Part shown: positions 23,753-37,293 of the stretch, in pieces
Numbering within the stretch: position 1 is the stretch's first letter
Layout of the letters: every line of letters starts with the position of its first letter
Source of the DNA: Eremomyces bilateralis CBS 781.70
Taxonomy: Eukaryota
Assembly: GCA_010015585.1 (NCBI GenBank)
Contig: ML975151.1
Strand: one strand, 5' to 3'
DNA length: 64,000 nt
Notes under the pieces: model-generated
Database searches by the model: none
Seen by the model: only the letters and a program-made list of their open reading frames with translations
Told to the model about the DNA's origin: nothing
Position numbers and translations under genes: made by a program

Positions 23753-25859
23753 GGTGGACGCTTAGGAAGCAAAGGTGGCATGAGGATGGCAGATGACAGG
23801 TGCAGGCTTGCAACCAGCATGAGACTATGGTAATTAGGTGCAGGAGCCAGAGACGATGGATGGTTCAAGCAAATAAGTGTAGTGACGGTAGTTGAGGTGT
23901 CGTACAAATCGAGCTTGAGCTCTGAGCCAAAATCGGATGCCGCGAATCCCCAAAGGGTAGCGCACCCCCGCGCACCCCCGCGCACCAAGGGAGTCGTATT
24001 TCAAGCCACAGAATGAGCCACAGAGTGTTATCACGTGATTATACAATTTGGACAGGACGGGCTCGATAAGAGAGGGCAATACCCCGCTGATACCGGTCGA
24101 TCAATATGAAATGGGAAGGGAATTACACGCTCTGAGAAACCCTTGCCAAAAGTCTTGTCAATACCTAACTGCGCAAGTGAAGTCGTCCTGGGAAGGTGCA
24201 GGTTGGCGGGAGAGTTTCGACATCAAGCTTGCGATTAATCATCAGTGGTGATCACGTTTACCTAGCGGGATATTGTTCGATACAAAGGGCGTCAAAATGT
24301 GGGCCCTTAAGGAATTCAGACGGAGAGGGAAAAGAGAAGGAAGGGAGGGAAGGAGGGTATGTATTTATGTACCGTACTAGCACCGGCTGGAGACTCATCG
24401 CCGCGAAGTATAACATTTCATTCCGCAACATTAAGAGAGTCAAGAAAGAACTCTGTATCAAGCCAAGGGTATCTTCGGACTGAACGGTTCATACAATGCC
24501 CTGGTCTAGTAACAAGGGGGGACGTATCTCCGATACCATATCACAACAAATTGTCGACATTAAAGTGGCGCGAAGAGGAGTCTAGTACTATGTACACGAA
24601 AACGGCCATAGGAGAGACTCTTATAAATTCGGAAATACGTAGAATTTATGCTGAGAGCACGTGAGTGATTAGGAGTATATAAAATCAAGCACCTTACAAG
24701 GTCTAACGGAAAACTCGCCCCTTAGGTACCGGACCGGGCAGCGGCGCACTCGTCAACGCGCTGGCCACTGGAACACCCGCTCCGACATATCTCTGTATTA
24801 ACTATAACAAGCGATTGACGAGTATTACGAGACAGCACTCTTCGTGAAGACCCAGGTGTCGAACCTTGCTCTATCTACCCTTCTCCTAGATTCCGAAGGG
24901 GGACGTCCCTTTTGGGGATTTAGCGTGGTTGGGTAGATTCGACACCAGGTATAGGCGTATGCGGATTAGTCATGGATCGAGGCGATGCCTCGGGTAATAG
25001 ATGTTGTTAGACAAGTGAAGGAGCAGCGGCATGATGTTCCTATCATCGAAGGAGGGGCAGATTGTTATCTCCTGAGAGCCGGTATTGTACGCCCGTTCCA
25101 GGAAAAATTGCTGCGACTTCCTCAAACCATCCTGTAATAGAGATACCATCCAGCTTGATAATTTGCATCTCTATCATGATTAATTCATTCAAGCCATATC
25201 GACCACGGCCCGTCGTCCATGATTCAATGAATGAGTTCCAATGGCACACGATCGGTGGGAGCCATGTCTCCTAGAAATCCGGACGCCCCAAGGGCCGACA
25301 CTATTTTTACAGATTATTCGATAAACATGCGTGAAGAAGCGACACGTAGGGCGGGAAGTAAATGGTAGGCGTGAAACAACCCGGGGAAGTTCTTCGCATC
25401 ACTGGCATCTCCAAGCGAAATGGTGAACGAGATGAGGAGACGCCGAGGATAGAGGCTCCGTACGGACATGTCTCGGAGGAGATCGGGCGTCCCGAATGAA
25501 GAAGGCGATCGGCCATCGAAAACAACCAACATTAGACAAGTGTGTAGAGCAATAACGAATCCGAAGAGACGGAACACCCAATCCATCCATCCTCAGTCTC
25601 ACATCGGCCGAACCAGGATCATATTTGAAAAAGTGGACGTCTCTTCATTGATTTAGTTGAATCACCATCGCGACTAAGTAATAGCTAAGTGGAAAACAGA
25701 TTTACCGCTCACGCGCGCTGGAACGATGAACGCGGCGCGGAAGAAGAGAAGGCCGGGCCGAAAATTCATAAACAAGAAGAAGGGGGTATATCGTTCTCTT
25801 CCAAAAAAAGGGATAGATGACTGAGTATATAGCGTGGGTGAGGCGCGAAATGCCCGGGC

Positions 25860-27252
25860 TTATTCGAGGATGTAGTAGATGGTGCCCGAGGCGATCGAGA
25901 CCTGGGAATATCGTCAGTCGCTGCGACAAAAGATCGTCGACGAGACGGGGGATTGCTTACCGTGCAACCCTTTTCATTGCATCCAGTATCACTGCAGTAC
26001 TGTCCGTCTTTGTACTCGCACGTCCCCGACATACCGTCCCCTTCCAGGCGGACGGTATACTTCTGCTTCTCGTTCGTTGTCGGCACATTCTGGAAGATGC
26101 TTATCCACGCACTTCCGTCGCGGAATCCCACCCCAAAGTTCATGGGAGCGTAGTTGCCAGTGTTTCCGCCGGGCTTCCCCCACTGGCAGCCGTCCTCGAC
26201 GGACACGCCGGCGGGATTGGCATAGTACTGGGCGGAGGTCTTGGTGCCCTGCCAATTGTAGAAGTTGTCCGCATCAGGGCATGTCAGTGGTACTTCAGTA
26301 CCAGGCTGAGCATCGACAGGGACCGTTTCGGCCTCGGTACCTAACTTAGGTTAGTGATCATGTTGTGAAAGGCCATCGATGCGGTACGACAGAGCATGTC
26401 AACCAGATGTTGAGGGGATCGTCGGAAACCCATCGGGAATATTTGTGGGACTCCTGAGCATCGGACGTAAAAGTGGACGATGATAACTGATTACTCACCT
26501 GGATAGTCCGTCCTACAAATAGCAACGTTCTTCCCCATCTTGTTCTTTACTTTGACCGATACTTTGTCGGTGCCCTTTCCACATAGTTGCTTCGTCTTGC
26601 TGCTGGTGACCCGAAGTTTTCCGTCCTTGCACAGCAATCCGCCGACACTCTGCCCGGTGGCTCCCTGCATGTCGGGCCACTGAACCTTCTGGTATCCGGG
26701 TTTGCAAGCGTAGCTGCAGTATGCGCCTTCGACGCAGCAGTTCCCATCCTCGCACTGACTCGTGGTCACGGTCATGATGTCGTTGAACCCCGTGGTGCTG
26801 ACTTCGTTCGGCTTCTGCACACCAGTCCAGCCGCCCAAGTTGGTCCACGGAATTTTGACCGCGCCATACTTCTCGGGGAACACGGAGCAGTCCAGCTCTC
26901 CATCCGGGAAGTCAGACGCATCTCCGCCGCCTCCCGATGAAAACGAGCTCTCAGAGACTTGAGGTTTCTCCTGCGCTTTCTGCACGGGCTGAGAAGCGGG
27001 CGCCGGGCTAGGAGAGGGCGTCGGCTCGGGTTTGGCGGCGATCTGCACATCGCCGCCGTCCTCCATGCGGAGGGTGCCGTTCTTGACGCCCCCTTGGGCT
27101 TCGACATCGTCAATTAGGCCTCCGTCGAGCTCATACACCACCACCACGGTGGGGTTGGCACACTCGCGCTTGTGGAATTGGGCATGACCGTGCGGGTGGG
27201 GTTTGGCGACGGCGACGGCCGCCAGCAAGGAGAGAACGGCAGCGGTCTTCAT
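25860..27252 (-). CDS. Secreted SUN-family (GH132) beta-glucanase-like cell wall protein
   Basis: Signal peptide MKTAAVLSLLAAVAVA and Cys-rich SUN motifs FPDGELDCS, YCSYACKPGY, GQSVGGLLC, VAICRTDYPG|TE and GNYAPMNFG. Two introns. Confidence 0.92.
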
Positions 27253-29912
27253 TGCGATGGAGTTGCAATTTTATGCGCGAAGTCGGAAAACGCGGTTCTC
27301 TCGGAACGAGTGACGAATCGATCGATTATTAGAGCTTCCAATACTTTTGCGACGTGGTCGAATTATTCGCGCGATGCGAGCGAGCGGCAGCGGAGGCCGA
27401 GGCGGAGGGAGGGTGCTGGGATAAGATATTCCAAAGAGTGAATGGGAGTACTAGACCCCGATAGTTGGTGGAATATATAGCCAAAGGAAAGGGAGGTGAA
27501 TGCGACGGAGATGTGAAATCGTTTATGCCATGCAGCGGAGCATTAAGGAGTGAATGTGGTGAAGCGTGAAAGGGAGAGAATGGAGGAGGGATGACAAGCT
27601 CGTGAGAGACTGAGGGAAACGGTGAGAGGAGGAATGGTCGTATGGGCAAATGGCGCATTCTGACTGCCGTGGCGGACTGGTAGGAACGAGCGAGGAACAG
27701 AGCGAAGGAAGCCAAGACAGGCAAGCACAATTGCACAATTGAACCAATCAGCCAACAATGTAGCAACAACCAACCCAATGAAGCATCGCTGCCCGGCCCG
27801 TGCAGCCAGTCTAACTCTCAGCTGTCGTGTAACCGGCAGGCGCAATGAGACTTGGATTCTGGCCAAGCAAGCACTGATGTACGACAGTTTCCACTCCTTC
27901 CACTCCTTCAAGTGCTGCAGGGGTTGGGTAGGGGTTGTCATGGAAAAGAGAGCCGCCAGTTAACATCCATAGCATATGGTTGGCCGACGCTATTCCGTAC
28001 CTGCACTAGGCAGTCGGGCCAAGCCGCCATCCCAAGCCAGAAAGCTTTCAATCTTTCACTCCGGAAATTGGCTTGTCAATATTTGCGAATCACCTCAATT
28101 TACCCATACGATCTCTCCGGTCACTGGTAAGACTGAAGGATGGGTTGGAACTTGGAGTGCGCGAACTAAGCCGTCTATTAGCGGTTTCGGTCACTCGTCA
28201 CTCGTCACCCCATCTTGATCTTCATCCGTTGGAAATTGGAGATTGGAATTCGGCAATGCAGAAGTCCAGACCCGACCGAACTTCTGATCAACACTCCCCT
28301 CCCCAGATCAAAATCCATGCTCAACTGTCACTCACTGCTCCACACATCACTAGATCAGCGAACAACTATCCTAACAAGGGAAATGATGACCACCGCCTTA
28401 ACTCTAAAAGCTTTGCACTAGCATTCAATGGTCTTGAAATATCACGAACTGGAGAAATTACCATCGTCAAAGACTCAGGATTGAAGGGACAAGAACCTCT
28501 CCTGCCGTCAACCAATTTAACATTTCTACCAGTGGACGATCCCATCCGAGTTTAGAACCCAACCAATGCCTTTGTTATGTTCCGAACCATTATGCCTCAA
28601 TCGCCGTTGACTGTTTCTTCTCTTGAGCTCCTGTCCAATGGAGGCATTCTGATCCTGAATCCTGAATTATTGGGACCGCTGGCGCCGAATTGACGCAGGC
28701 GGCAAAGACGTAGGAGCGCCGAGTTTTTGCCTTTGGACGTCTGGATCGTATCATGAGTTATACTTGCAACTTGAACGAGGCATGTGGCTTTGTTTTGTTG
28801 TGGTGATTCTGGGCTCTGGCGAATATGTAAAACATCCAGCTGGACTGCTGGTGGTATTCCTCAATCTCGCTTGTCCGCGTGTTTTGACCAATCGGCCAGG
28901 AGAAACATCTCTGGCCAGTGGCCAAGCACTACTCCGTACAATTACTCTACCTGATGGGTTGGCGTGAGGCGTTTGAGCAATTTCAATTTGGGTGAATTTA
29001 ATGCCGGAAATCGGAATCCCATCGTTTCGATATTCCGGAAAATTGGCTCTCGATCGTGAGGCTCGGCTTAGGGGGGTGGAGATTTTGGGGATCTTGATCT
29101 CGAGCCAGTTGAGTCGAATATTGCTTGTTCTGGGACCCGGACTCCTTTAAGTCACATCTCCTGTAGCTTCGTCTGGACGTTGACTGAAGAGTGGCGATGA
29201 TTTCTCACGTCGGTTCAAAACAACCGTAGCTCTACCCAGCAATAGCTTCTATTTTATATCCGACAGGAGACATTGGTCGGATCATCACTTGGTCCATCTT
29301 TCGTGATATCAATGCCAACCTGCTCGAGGACATAGCTGCCTTGAGATTGGTCCGGTCCATGCCTCCATGAGTCCATGGTGATTTTCCGACTACCCTACGT
29401 ACAAACATACATATCTCCGACGGTGAGCTAACGACGGTCGAACAATTCAATGTGGTATGTAACACGAATTGATGTCTGTTAGTGTGCATGCAAATGCACC
29501 GTTGTACCGTACCTATCTTATCTTGACCAGTTGTGGAGCACGAGACGGACATCGTCGTCATCAAGCTGTGCGCCATGTACGACCTTGCCAAAGCATTGGG
29601 ACAACGGTTTCAGCCGTGTGTCACTCGATGGTGCTTACATATGTATTTGCCTTGGGTTGGATTGGATGTCGTCGAAGGGAGGGGCAGCAATCAGTGTACA
29701 AGTAGAGAAAGATGTTAAATTCTTCGAGCTTTGGGATTCATCTTTCAGTAGTAAGTCTAATAAACGTCTGTTTTTACACCAATTGTACACGTGAATACAA
29801 GGACATTGCGCCTTGCTATACAACTAGTCCTCTATAATATGTCTGTATATCGTATGCACCAAGACGACACCATCCCTCCGCCAACCGATCAGAAATGTAA
29901 ACCCCCAAGTCA

Positions 29913-31394
29913 TCACACCTGCAATTCCTGGACCGGCTTCCCAAACACCCTCGGATACCGATGCTTCAATCGGTCCCAAACCGACATCTCTTGAGGTTGT
30001 GCTTGCTGCATCTTGATCGCTGCCGGGGCCCTCGCCGGCTCCAACAATGTCGGGCTCTCACCCCTCAACCTCTGCCTCTGCCCCTCCAGGCTTCCTTCTG
30101 CCAGCACCTGATTTAATCGCTCTTGGATCTCCTCGAGGCTAGGCGCCGGTGGGTCCCTCGGATCCGGCGCCACGAACCCCACGGCGACCGCCCGCTCGCC
30201 CCAGTTCTTCGTCGGCGCCTCCTCCGTCTCCCCCTCGATAGTATGCTCCCTCGCCACGTCCTGGAACACCTCGGGGAACGCCCGGACCAGCGCCGAATCC
30301 ACCCGCCACTGTACCCGCGACATCTCGCTATGCTCCACCGCCTCCGGCCAGTCGGGCGCGTACTCGTTATCTGGGAAGTTGTACCACTGGAGATGCACGC
30401 CTTCCATCGTGAACTCGGACGGCTGTTTGCCCAACATCAGGTTCCGCCTATGTCCGTGCTTCGGCAGCGGGAGCTTGCCTGCCCGATAGAGCTCGGCCCG
30501 TTGGTCTTCTTCCGCATCGCGCGCAGCCTGCTCCTCCGGGGTAGGCGGCGGAGGGGAGGGGCCATCGCCGTTGGGACCGTATGTCTGAACAGCAAGGCGC
30601 ATGCGCCGGTCGCGGATCTGAAGATTCCAGATGCGTTTTCCGAGCTTCGTGCGCTGCTCGCGGGTTTCTTGGGTCTGCTCTTCCAGTCCCTTTAATTCCA
30701 GGAGTTCCGCTCGTGCGGACTTGATTTTCTCCTTAATTAACTCGAGCTCCTCCGGCGTCGCCAGCCTCGCGAGCTCTCGGTCTCGAGCTTCGTCTTCCGC
30801 AGCCTTTTCGGCCGCTTTGGCTTCTAGCGTCTGTGCCTTCTCTTGCTGTCGTTCGCCCGCTTCTTCTTGTAATCGTAGCACCTTGGCCACGTCCGCAACC
30901 GAGTTCGCCTTCTGATCCATCAAGTGTCGCGCAATTCCCCTCTGGTCGGGTAAAAACTGGTGCTTGGGCATGTCGAGGCGTTTCGCGTCTTCTCTTGTGA
31001 AAAGTTCTTTCCAATGCAGTTCTCGGAGCTTCCGGAGTTCTCGGAGCTTTTTGAAGGCATCGAGGCCTTGTCGACCGGTGGGAAAACATAATGTGACGAG
31101 TGGCACCCAATTATCTTTTCTTATGGCCGCCGGTTTCGACTTCTTTCCGACAAAGGGGATCTGTCGCAGCATCGCACTGCCCTGGTAGAGGTGAGTCGGG
31201 AATCTCAGTCCAAGGTTGGGCATGCTTCATACCTTCATCTGCTGTTGTAGGGAGTACACCACCTGCTTCGTCATAATATGGGTATAAGCAAATACATATC
31301 TGCCATTCTCGACGCGTGTCGCATCCTTTGTCCCCAAAGGGATGAACTTCTGTCGGATGACCCTCTTCATCTTCTGTCGGATGACCTTCGTCAT
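29913..31394 (-). CDS. MHR1: Mitochondrial ribosomal protein mL67 / mitochondrial homologous recombination protein Mhr1
   Basis: Exon 1 MTKVIRQK...GRYVFAYTHIMTKQVVYSL, an intron near 31232-31184, then RQIPFVGKKSKPAAIRKDNWVPL, FKKLRELRKLRELHW and LMDQKANSVADVA. Confidence 0.85.
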
Positions 31395-31948
31395 CTTTGT
31401 AGCCCTCCGGACGTTATCTTCCTGCTTGAATTGGAATCATTGGCCTTGGCCCAAAGCGCGATGAGGTCCGCAAAACAGGAATGGATACAATGAACGTATT
31501 GGCTTGGTTGCAATGAATGGTGAGCCTCGATGTCTGATCAACTCAACTGCTGGATTGATTCAAGAAAATGTGTGAGCTACACACGGCAACTTCCGGAGCA
31601 CTTGGAAAATTATGGGTCCATATCAATAGCACCACGTGACCGGATTCCACGCGTTGAGCTTGGGATGCGAAGCACATGCTGACGCTTGCTGTAACAAGAA
31701 GCTCCAAGTACAAGACACCACGTCAACCACCTATTATGTTTACCGGTAGCTACGGGTCACTGTGAATGTTCTCTATGTGCAAGGCATGATCGCTGCAGCG
31801 ATGCGTTTGCCGTTTAAAAATGCCGTCGCAGAAGTCTCGTTTCTCCATCTCGACCTCCTATGCGCATCGTCCTCTACATTCCAGGAGACGGAGAGTGACC
31901 GGGACCGTTTGACGCGAAGAGTAAAACCTTACCTAAAATCCTCAAAAT

Positions 31949-34067
31949 ATGGCGCCTGAGTCGGACCAACAAGAAGTTGCAGACGAGCCCAATGGACGCC
32001 GTCGTGAGCGACCATGGTTGTTACCATATGTAAGACCGGAAACAAATCTTGGCCGAAGATCAAGAGCTGCGCTCATTACAGATATTATAGAACCGCCGCT
32101 TACGAAATCTTAATGGAATAACCTTGAGGAATGTAACCTTGCATCCGAAGTCCGTCAAACGATCCCGCCGCAAAACCATCGACGATGACGCTTTACCGTA
32201 CGCCCTCAAGACACCAGGGAAGATCGTATTGCATCGTGATTCTAGGGGGTGGGATAAAGGGGTGGAGCGCTCTCGGTCAAGTAGCGATTTGAAAGCCGCT
32301 GCCAAGGACTCTTTCCGAGAAACACAAACGGTTAAAGAGAATGGGCTGCTAGAACAGGAACCTGTGGTACAAGACAGTGGCCTAGTCAATGGAACGCATG
32401 AACTAGGTAAAAACCGTAGTAAAGAGGGTGGAAACGTTCCTGAAGATAGGCATGGATCCGTACCGAACGGTCTACCGCATACGCCACAAACATCAGCAAA
32501 GGCTCGCTCCAGCAGTCAAGATCAGGATATGGCCCCGTTACGGAAGACATCGTCGAAACTGAGGAGAAGAAGTACGATAGAGCAGTGGTATGAGAATGCG
32601 CCAGCCAGACAGAACCGATGGTTCGAAGCGGTGCATTCTCATCTCCTCGACGTATTCTTTTCCCTCCATATTTCTGACGACCCGGAGCCAGTCTACGTCA
32701 GCGAAATTGTCAAGGATACAATGAATCCCAACTTTCGCCATTTCGATCTGTCCAACTGTGCTCCATCTATCAGTCGGAAAGACGGCATTGTTGTCAAAGT
32801 CTGGACAAAAGGATATGGAGGCAGTTCTTTTAGGCACCTCGTCGAATTGACTGCCGACCTTCGCGCCCTGCAATTCATTGGAAGGGACCTAGCGCATTTC
32901 CACCACCCGTTTCCCGACAACTGTGTTATATTTCATCTTAGCGACGGTATATATACCTCTTTTACAGACATCCCGATGTCCGAAACCTTTCAATCCTTTG
33001 CACCAGGACCATGGGGCCGACCCGGCGATTCCCGCCCCCCCGAACCGGTTTCTTCATACGACCAACTGATGCGACTGGGGACGTTGGATCAGTGCCTACA
33101 GGATATGCTGAACAGTCGCGCCCGCTTTAAATCACGGCTCGACGAGTTTCTTGTCGAAACTCGACCGGAAACTGAAGCGGTTACACTCCTTCCTTCCGCG
33201 AAGCAGCACGCTGCCGAGGTGGAGAAGGCCATTGACCAACAAACAAAACGGAACGCAGCCAGGAAAAAACAAACTATTGAGCTCCAGGATTCGTTATCAA
33301 GTCGCCGTCAACTGATGGCTGCTGGACGAGCAGCGATGGACAAATCGTTATCGGAAATGGAGGCAGCAGAGCCAGAGACGATTGCTGTGACGAACGCAAC
33401 TTCAGGAGTGCAAATCGAAACCCAAGCCCATCGACGTCGCGTCTGTACAGACCTTGAAGTAATCTACCCCATCGAACCCACTCCCGGCAAGAGCCTTTCG
33501 TTTACCATTCGTGGGCTGGCACTCCCGGATGCGCACGAAGCTGTCGACATGGCCGAATCCGACTCCGAACGCGAGAAATTGGGTGCCGCGCTGGGGTTTG
33601 TGGCACAGATGCTGAAAATGCTGGCAGCGTACATGGGATGGCCGCTCCCGTACCCGATCGAACCGCAAGGCTCGACGTCGTGGATCGAAGACCCTATCTC
33701 CGTGATGCCTGGCGACGCTGGCTCCTCCGCGACGGCATCCGCGACAAGCGCGTCTGCTAGCTCGGGGAGCAAGAAGAATCGGAGATATCCCCTGTTTGTC
33801 AAAGGGGTTCCCAAGTTCCGGGCGGAATACGCATTCTTCTTGCTGAACAAGGATATCGAGATCCTGGCTCAGCATATGGGACTGAGGCTGTTAGACATCA
33901 GGCAAACATTACCGAATCTGAAATACATCCTCTTCGTCGCCACTGCTGGAGAGGGAGAGTTGCCTGAAAGGAAGAAGGGGGGTGTTCGGGGACTTGGGAC
34001 GGCCTTGAAGGCATCGTCAGCTGTTTCTGGTGGAGGAAGATCTCGGATAGCCGGTACCAAGAGGTGA
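31949..34067 (+). CDS. VPS38: UVRAG/Vps38-like subunit of PI3-kinase complex II
   Basis: RERPWLLPY|NRRLRNLNGITLRN (intron 32030-32090), C2-like FFSLH...PVYVSE...MNPNFRHFDL, a coiled coil, and C-terminal RAEYAFFLLNKDIE...DIRQTLPNLKY. Confidence 0.85.
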
Positions 34068-34829
34068 AAAGTGGAAGGGTATTTGGAACTTCTATGCCAT
34101 GCGCCTTTGCCTTTGCGCGCGATAGAAAGACATGGACTATTTGCTACGGGTTTGGTCGAAATGATACCCAAGATTTACGGTTCATTGGTTCATTAGCACG
34201 GGTTTAGCCGGCTCAGTTCAGATCATAACTAGCCGCATAACAGGTGGTAAATACAACTACCTATTATCCAATGCGACGGCTGATACTCCGATCGTGACGT
34301 CGGATCTCAACTTCGAGACCTGAATCCAGCTAGGATACACATCCATCCCGTTTCGATGAGCTCCGCAAGGATGCACGGTTACGCCCCCGACGCGTGAGAT
34401 TGGCGACCACCCCGGGATATGACGTCACCCGCCAACGATCTCTAGGGTCTCGATATCACCCTGATACTGTGATGTATGAAATGCAGCACCGATTGGATCT
34501 CCATGCCAATTCGGCCGCTCGAAAGCCAAGTTATAGGAGTTGCAATTCGGGGGGCGTGAATATTGCGGGCCATCAGGGCCTGGAAACCAGGAATTGGAGG
34601 AGCATCCCTCCGAACGACATCATCGCCCCCTCTATTGATTTCGAACCCTGAAAGGCTTATGGTATATTGAGACCGCAGTGTTGGACTTGGTCGAAGATTG
34701 TCTATTAAAACAGCAAATACTTCGATTTTCCTCTATCAGAATCATCAACTTCCAATGAAACCTACCCCGCGTTCCATACGAATATCGGCTACACAACATT
34801 GAAACGACATATCAGAATAGCTATCGACC

Positions 34830-35992
34830 ATGGAGACCCTATCCAATGTAGCGTCCAACGTCTCGACGTCGGCTCAGAAAATTCTCTGGGGCGAACAGGC
34901 GGGACAGCAGCAGAACGAGACTGGTGGAATAGAACCTCTGTCCGGTGAGAAGGGTCGCGGTACGCTCGATTCACCGTTCGACAAAGGCAACGAAGGTATG
35001 TATTCTTACCTTTTATTCTTACCTTTATGATCCCGACATATACCTGATCCGCTGCACCATTCTGGGTTGCTATTGAATAGAAACTAACAGACCCATCAGA
35101 TCCATCCGAAGTCGGTCCCAGCGCCGCGAGTGCCTCCAGTGCCTCCAGTTTTCCGAGTGCTTCCAGCACTTCCAGCGTCTACAGTGCCGTGAGTGATCCT
35201 AGTGCCTCCAGTTCTCAGAGTGCCTTTATGGCTCCGGGTACCACTGGAATTTCAACGGCTCCTGGCGATTTGACGGCTCCGGGCGCTTCGACGGGTGCTA
35301 AGACTCCGACGGGTCCTAAGGCTCCGAGAGCTGCTGAGGCCCCGACGGCTGCTGCGGCTTCGGCTACTACTGATGCTCCGACCGCTCCCAGTGCTCCCAG
35401 TGCTCCCGCCGCATCATCCAACCCGAGCACCAGTGCAACCGCCGGCGCCGGCCACGAAGTCGGTTCCGCAGACCCCAGCACCGCGCAGAAGCCCACACAG
35501 AAGCACCAAGGCGCCGACCGACCGACCGAAGAACCATCGGGCGAGGATGCGAACCCCGAACAGATCATGGCGAAGCGTGGCCCTAATGACCATTCAGGGG
35601 AACCGATGCGGACGCACGACGGCACGGAGCACAGAGATGAGAGAGAGGGCGAGACGAACACGACGAAGAACGAGAATGAGGGAACGGGCCAGCAGCACGT
35701 TAAGACCACGGGGCTCGCGGCGGAAGGCGGGGATTTCGATGCGACGATGCCCGGAGCGGGGACGGAAGCGAGTCGTAAGTTCTATTGAACCCGTGAAAGC
35801 TCCCCTCGCGATAGTGATATCTGACACGTTAATAATATAGGTATCAAGAATAAAAAGGGTATCAGCGAGGGTGTCACAGGCCAGACCGATCTCACTGCGC
35901 CATCGGACTCCCATAAGGGCGCGGGCGGATCGGGATCGCCTATGAAGCGGAGCGACAGGCTTCGGGAGAAGCTACATATCCATAAACACTGA
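34830..35992 (+). CDS. Hydrophilic low-complexity fungal protein (putative stress/dormancy protein)
   Basis: Three exons (introns 34996-35090 and about 35775-35840). Motifs EPLSGEKGRGT..PFDKGN, KHQGADRP, VKTTGLAAEGGDFDATMPGAG and C-terminal LREKLHIHKH. A TGACGTCA site lies at 34420-34427 upstream. Confidence 0.75.
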
Positions 35993-36434
35993 AGTAGTGG
36001 TTCTGCTACACGGATTGCTGGGTCGGCACTGAGAGATCGACGTACAGCATTTCATTCACCCAGGGCAAGCTCACTTCAAGAGCCGCCAATCTGATGATAT
36101 CCCCCACGAACCCCTTGGTTTGGGTTTCGCGTTATAGCAATATCTAATTTCTTGAATCTTCTTCCATGCGACGATGCCTCTGAAACGGAGGGCAACATGC
36201 AACCCGTTGATAGATATCGCGCGGCTCAAGTCTTGATCTTGGACCATTTGGTCTCCAGCCCTTCTTTCAGATTGTAAGAACGCTATAACTGTGATCCAAT
36301 GCGTTCTGCACCGACTACATCATGCGCTCCCGGAGGCCGTTCCGTGACTCTGGGTACCGTCAATCCCCTTCCGAGAATAGCTCTCCTCAGCCAGTATCGG
36401 AGCTCCGATTCCGCAACCCACCCCCTCCAACATT

Positions 36435-36883
36435 TCACCTCGCCTCCTTCCCCTCCACCATTAACCCCTGCACACCCCCCCACCCCTCCCTCCCTTCCCT
36501 CCCATCCACCCCCTCCTCCCACCACCCCTCTCTCCCAATCGTCTCCTCCCCATCCAGCTCTGCTAGCCCGGACAATACAACCGCCAGCTGCGAAAAGAAC
36601 GCGTTGACCGAGACGCGCAGCATGCGCGCGGTGGTGGCCGCGTAGGTGACCTCGAGGCGGGGGTGGAGCGGAGCGGAAGGGGAGGGATGAGGGGGGTAGA
36701 GGAAGGTGCGGGAGACGAGGGGAGAGATTTCCGGGTCGATTTCGATGGCACGGCGGATGATGAGGGCGTGGCGGGGGGGGATGGGGAGAGTGAGGGTGCT
36801 AGGGCGGTTAGGTGGATTTTGGAAGGAGGATGGGCGGGGACTTACATGCTGTGGGGGAATTTTGGATCAGCCTTGTCACCCAT
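36435..36883 (-). CDS. PCC1: KEOPS/EKC complex subunit Pcc1
   Basis: Spliced MGDKADPKFPHS|ITLTLPIPPRHALIIRRAIEIDPEISPLVSRTF...LEVTYAATTARMLRVSVNAFFSQLAVV. One intron near 36845-36799. Only the C-terminal part appears in the ORF track. Confidence 0.85.
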
Positions 36884-37293
36884 GTTGGTTGATGTTCAAG
36901 ACGATGGCATTGAGGGCCTGGTTAGGAAGCTTGGATCTGGTCGCCGTCGGAAGTTCAGGTGAAGATGAAATTGGCCGGATTGCTTGTCACGATGGGATAT
37001 TCGGAACCCCACAACTTACAGGGATATCCCCTGCACTTCTTCACTCCATTGATCTGATGTTATGGCGGCATAGTGACGTCGGTGCAACACTGTATACCAA
37101 ATATATGTACAGTACCGTACACAGCACTAGTAGTACCTATGGAGTCGAGAAATGAACCGATTTAAAACCCAATTAAGCACCAACTGACTATCCAACTCAA
37201 GCACCATCTCTATCTTGTCTCATCTCTCCCTAATCCAAGACCATGACATCTCCATCCCCCTCCGAATTCCTCACCTTCTTCCGCTACACAACC

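Noticed and set aside
28073..28555. 160-codon ORF starting at TTG with a faint FNG motif reminiscent of Copia-type pol
   Set aside because: No reverse transcriptase catalytic motif, no LTRs and no ATG start; similarity too weak to call.
29232..29720. ORF fragments with an intron-like GTATGT...CAG
   Set aside because: Possibly gene debris, but no family could be recognised.
31347..31394. 24-bp tandem duplication at the MHR1 start (MTKVIRQK/MKRVIRQK)
   Set aside because: A simple local duplication in a presequence; it only makes the start codon ambiguous.
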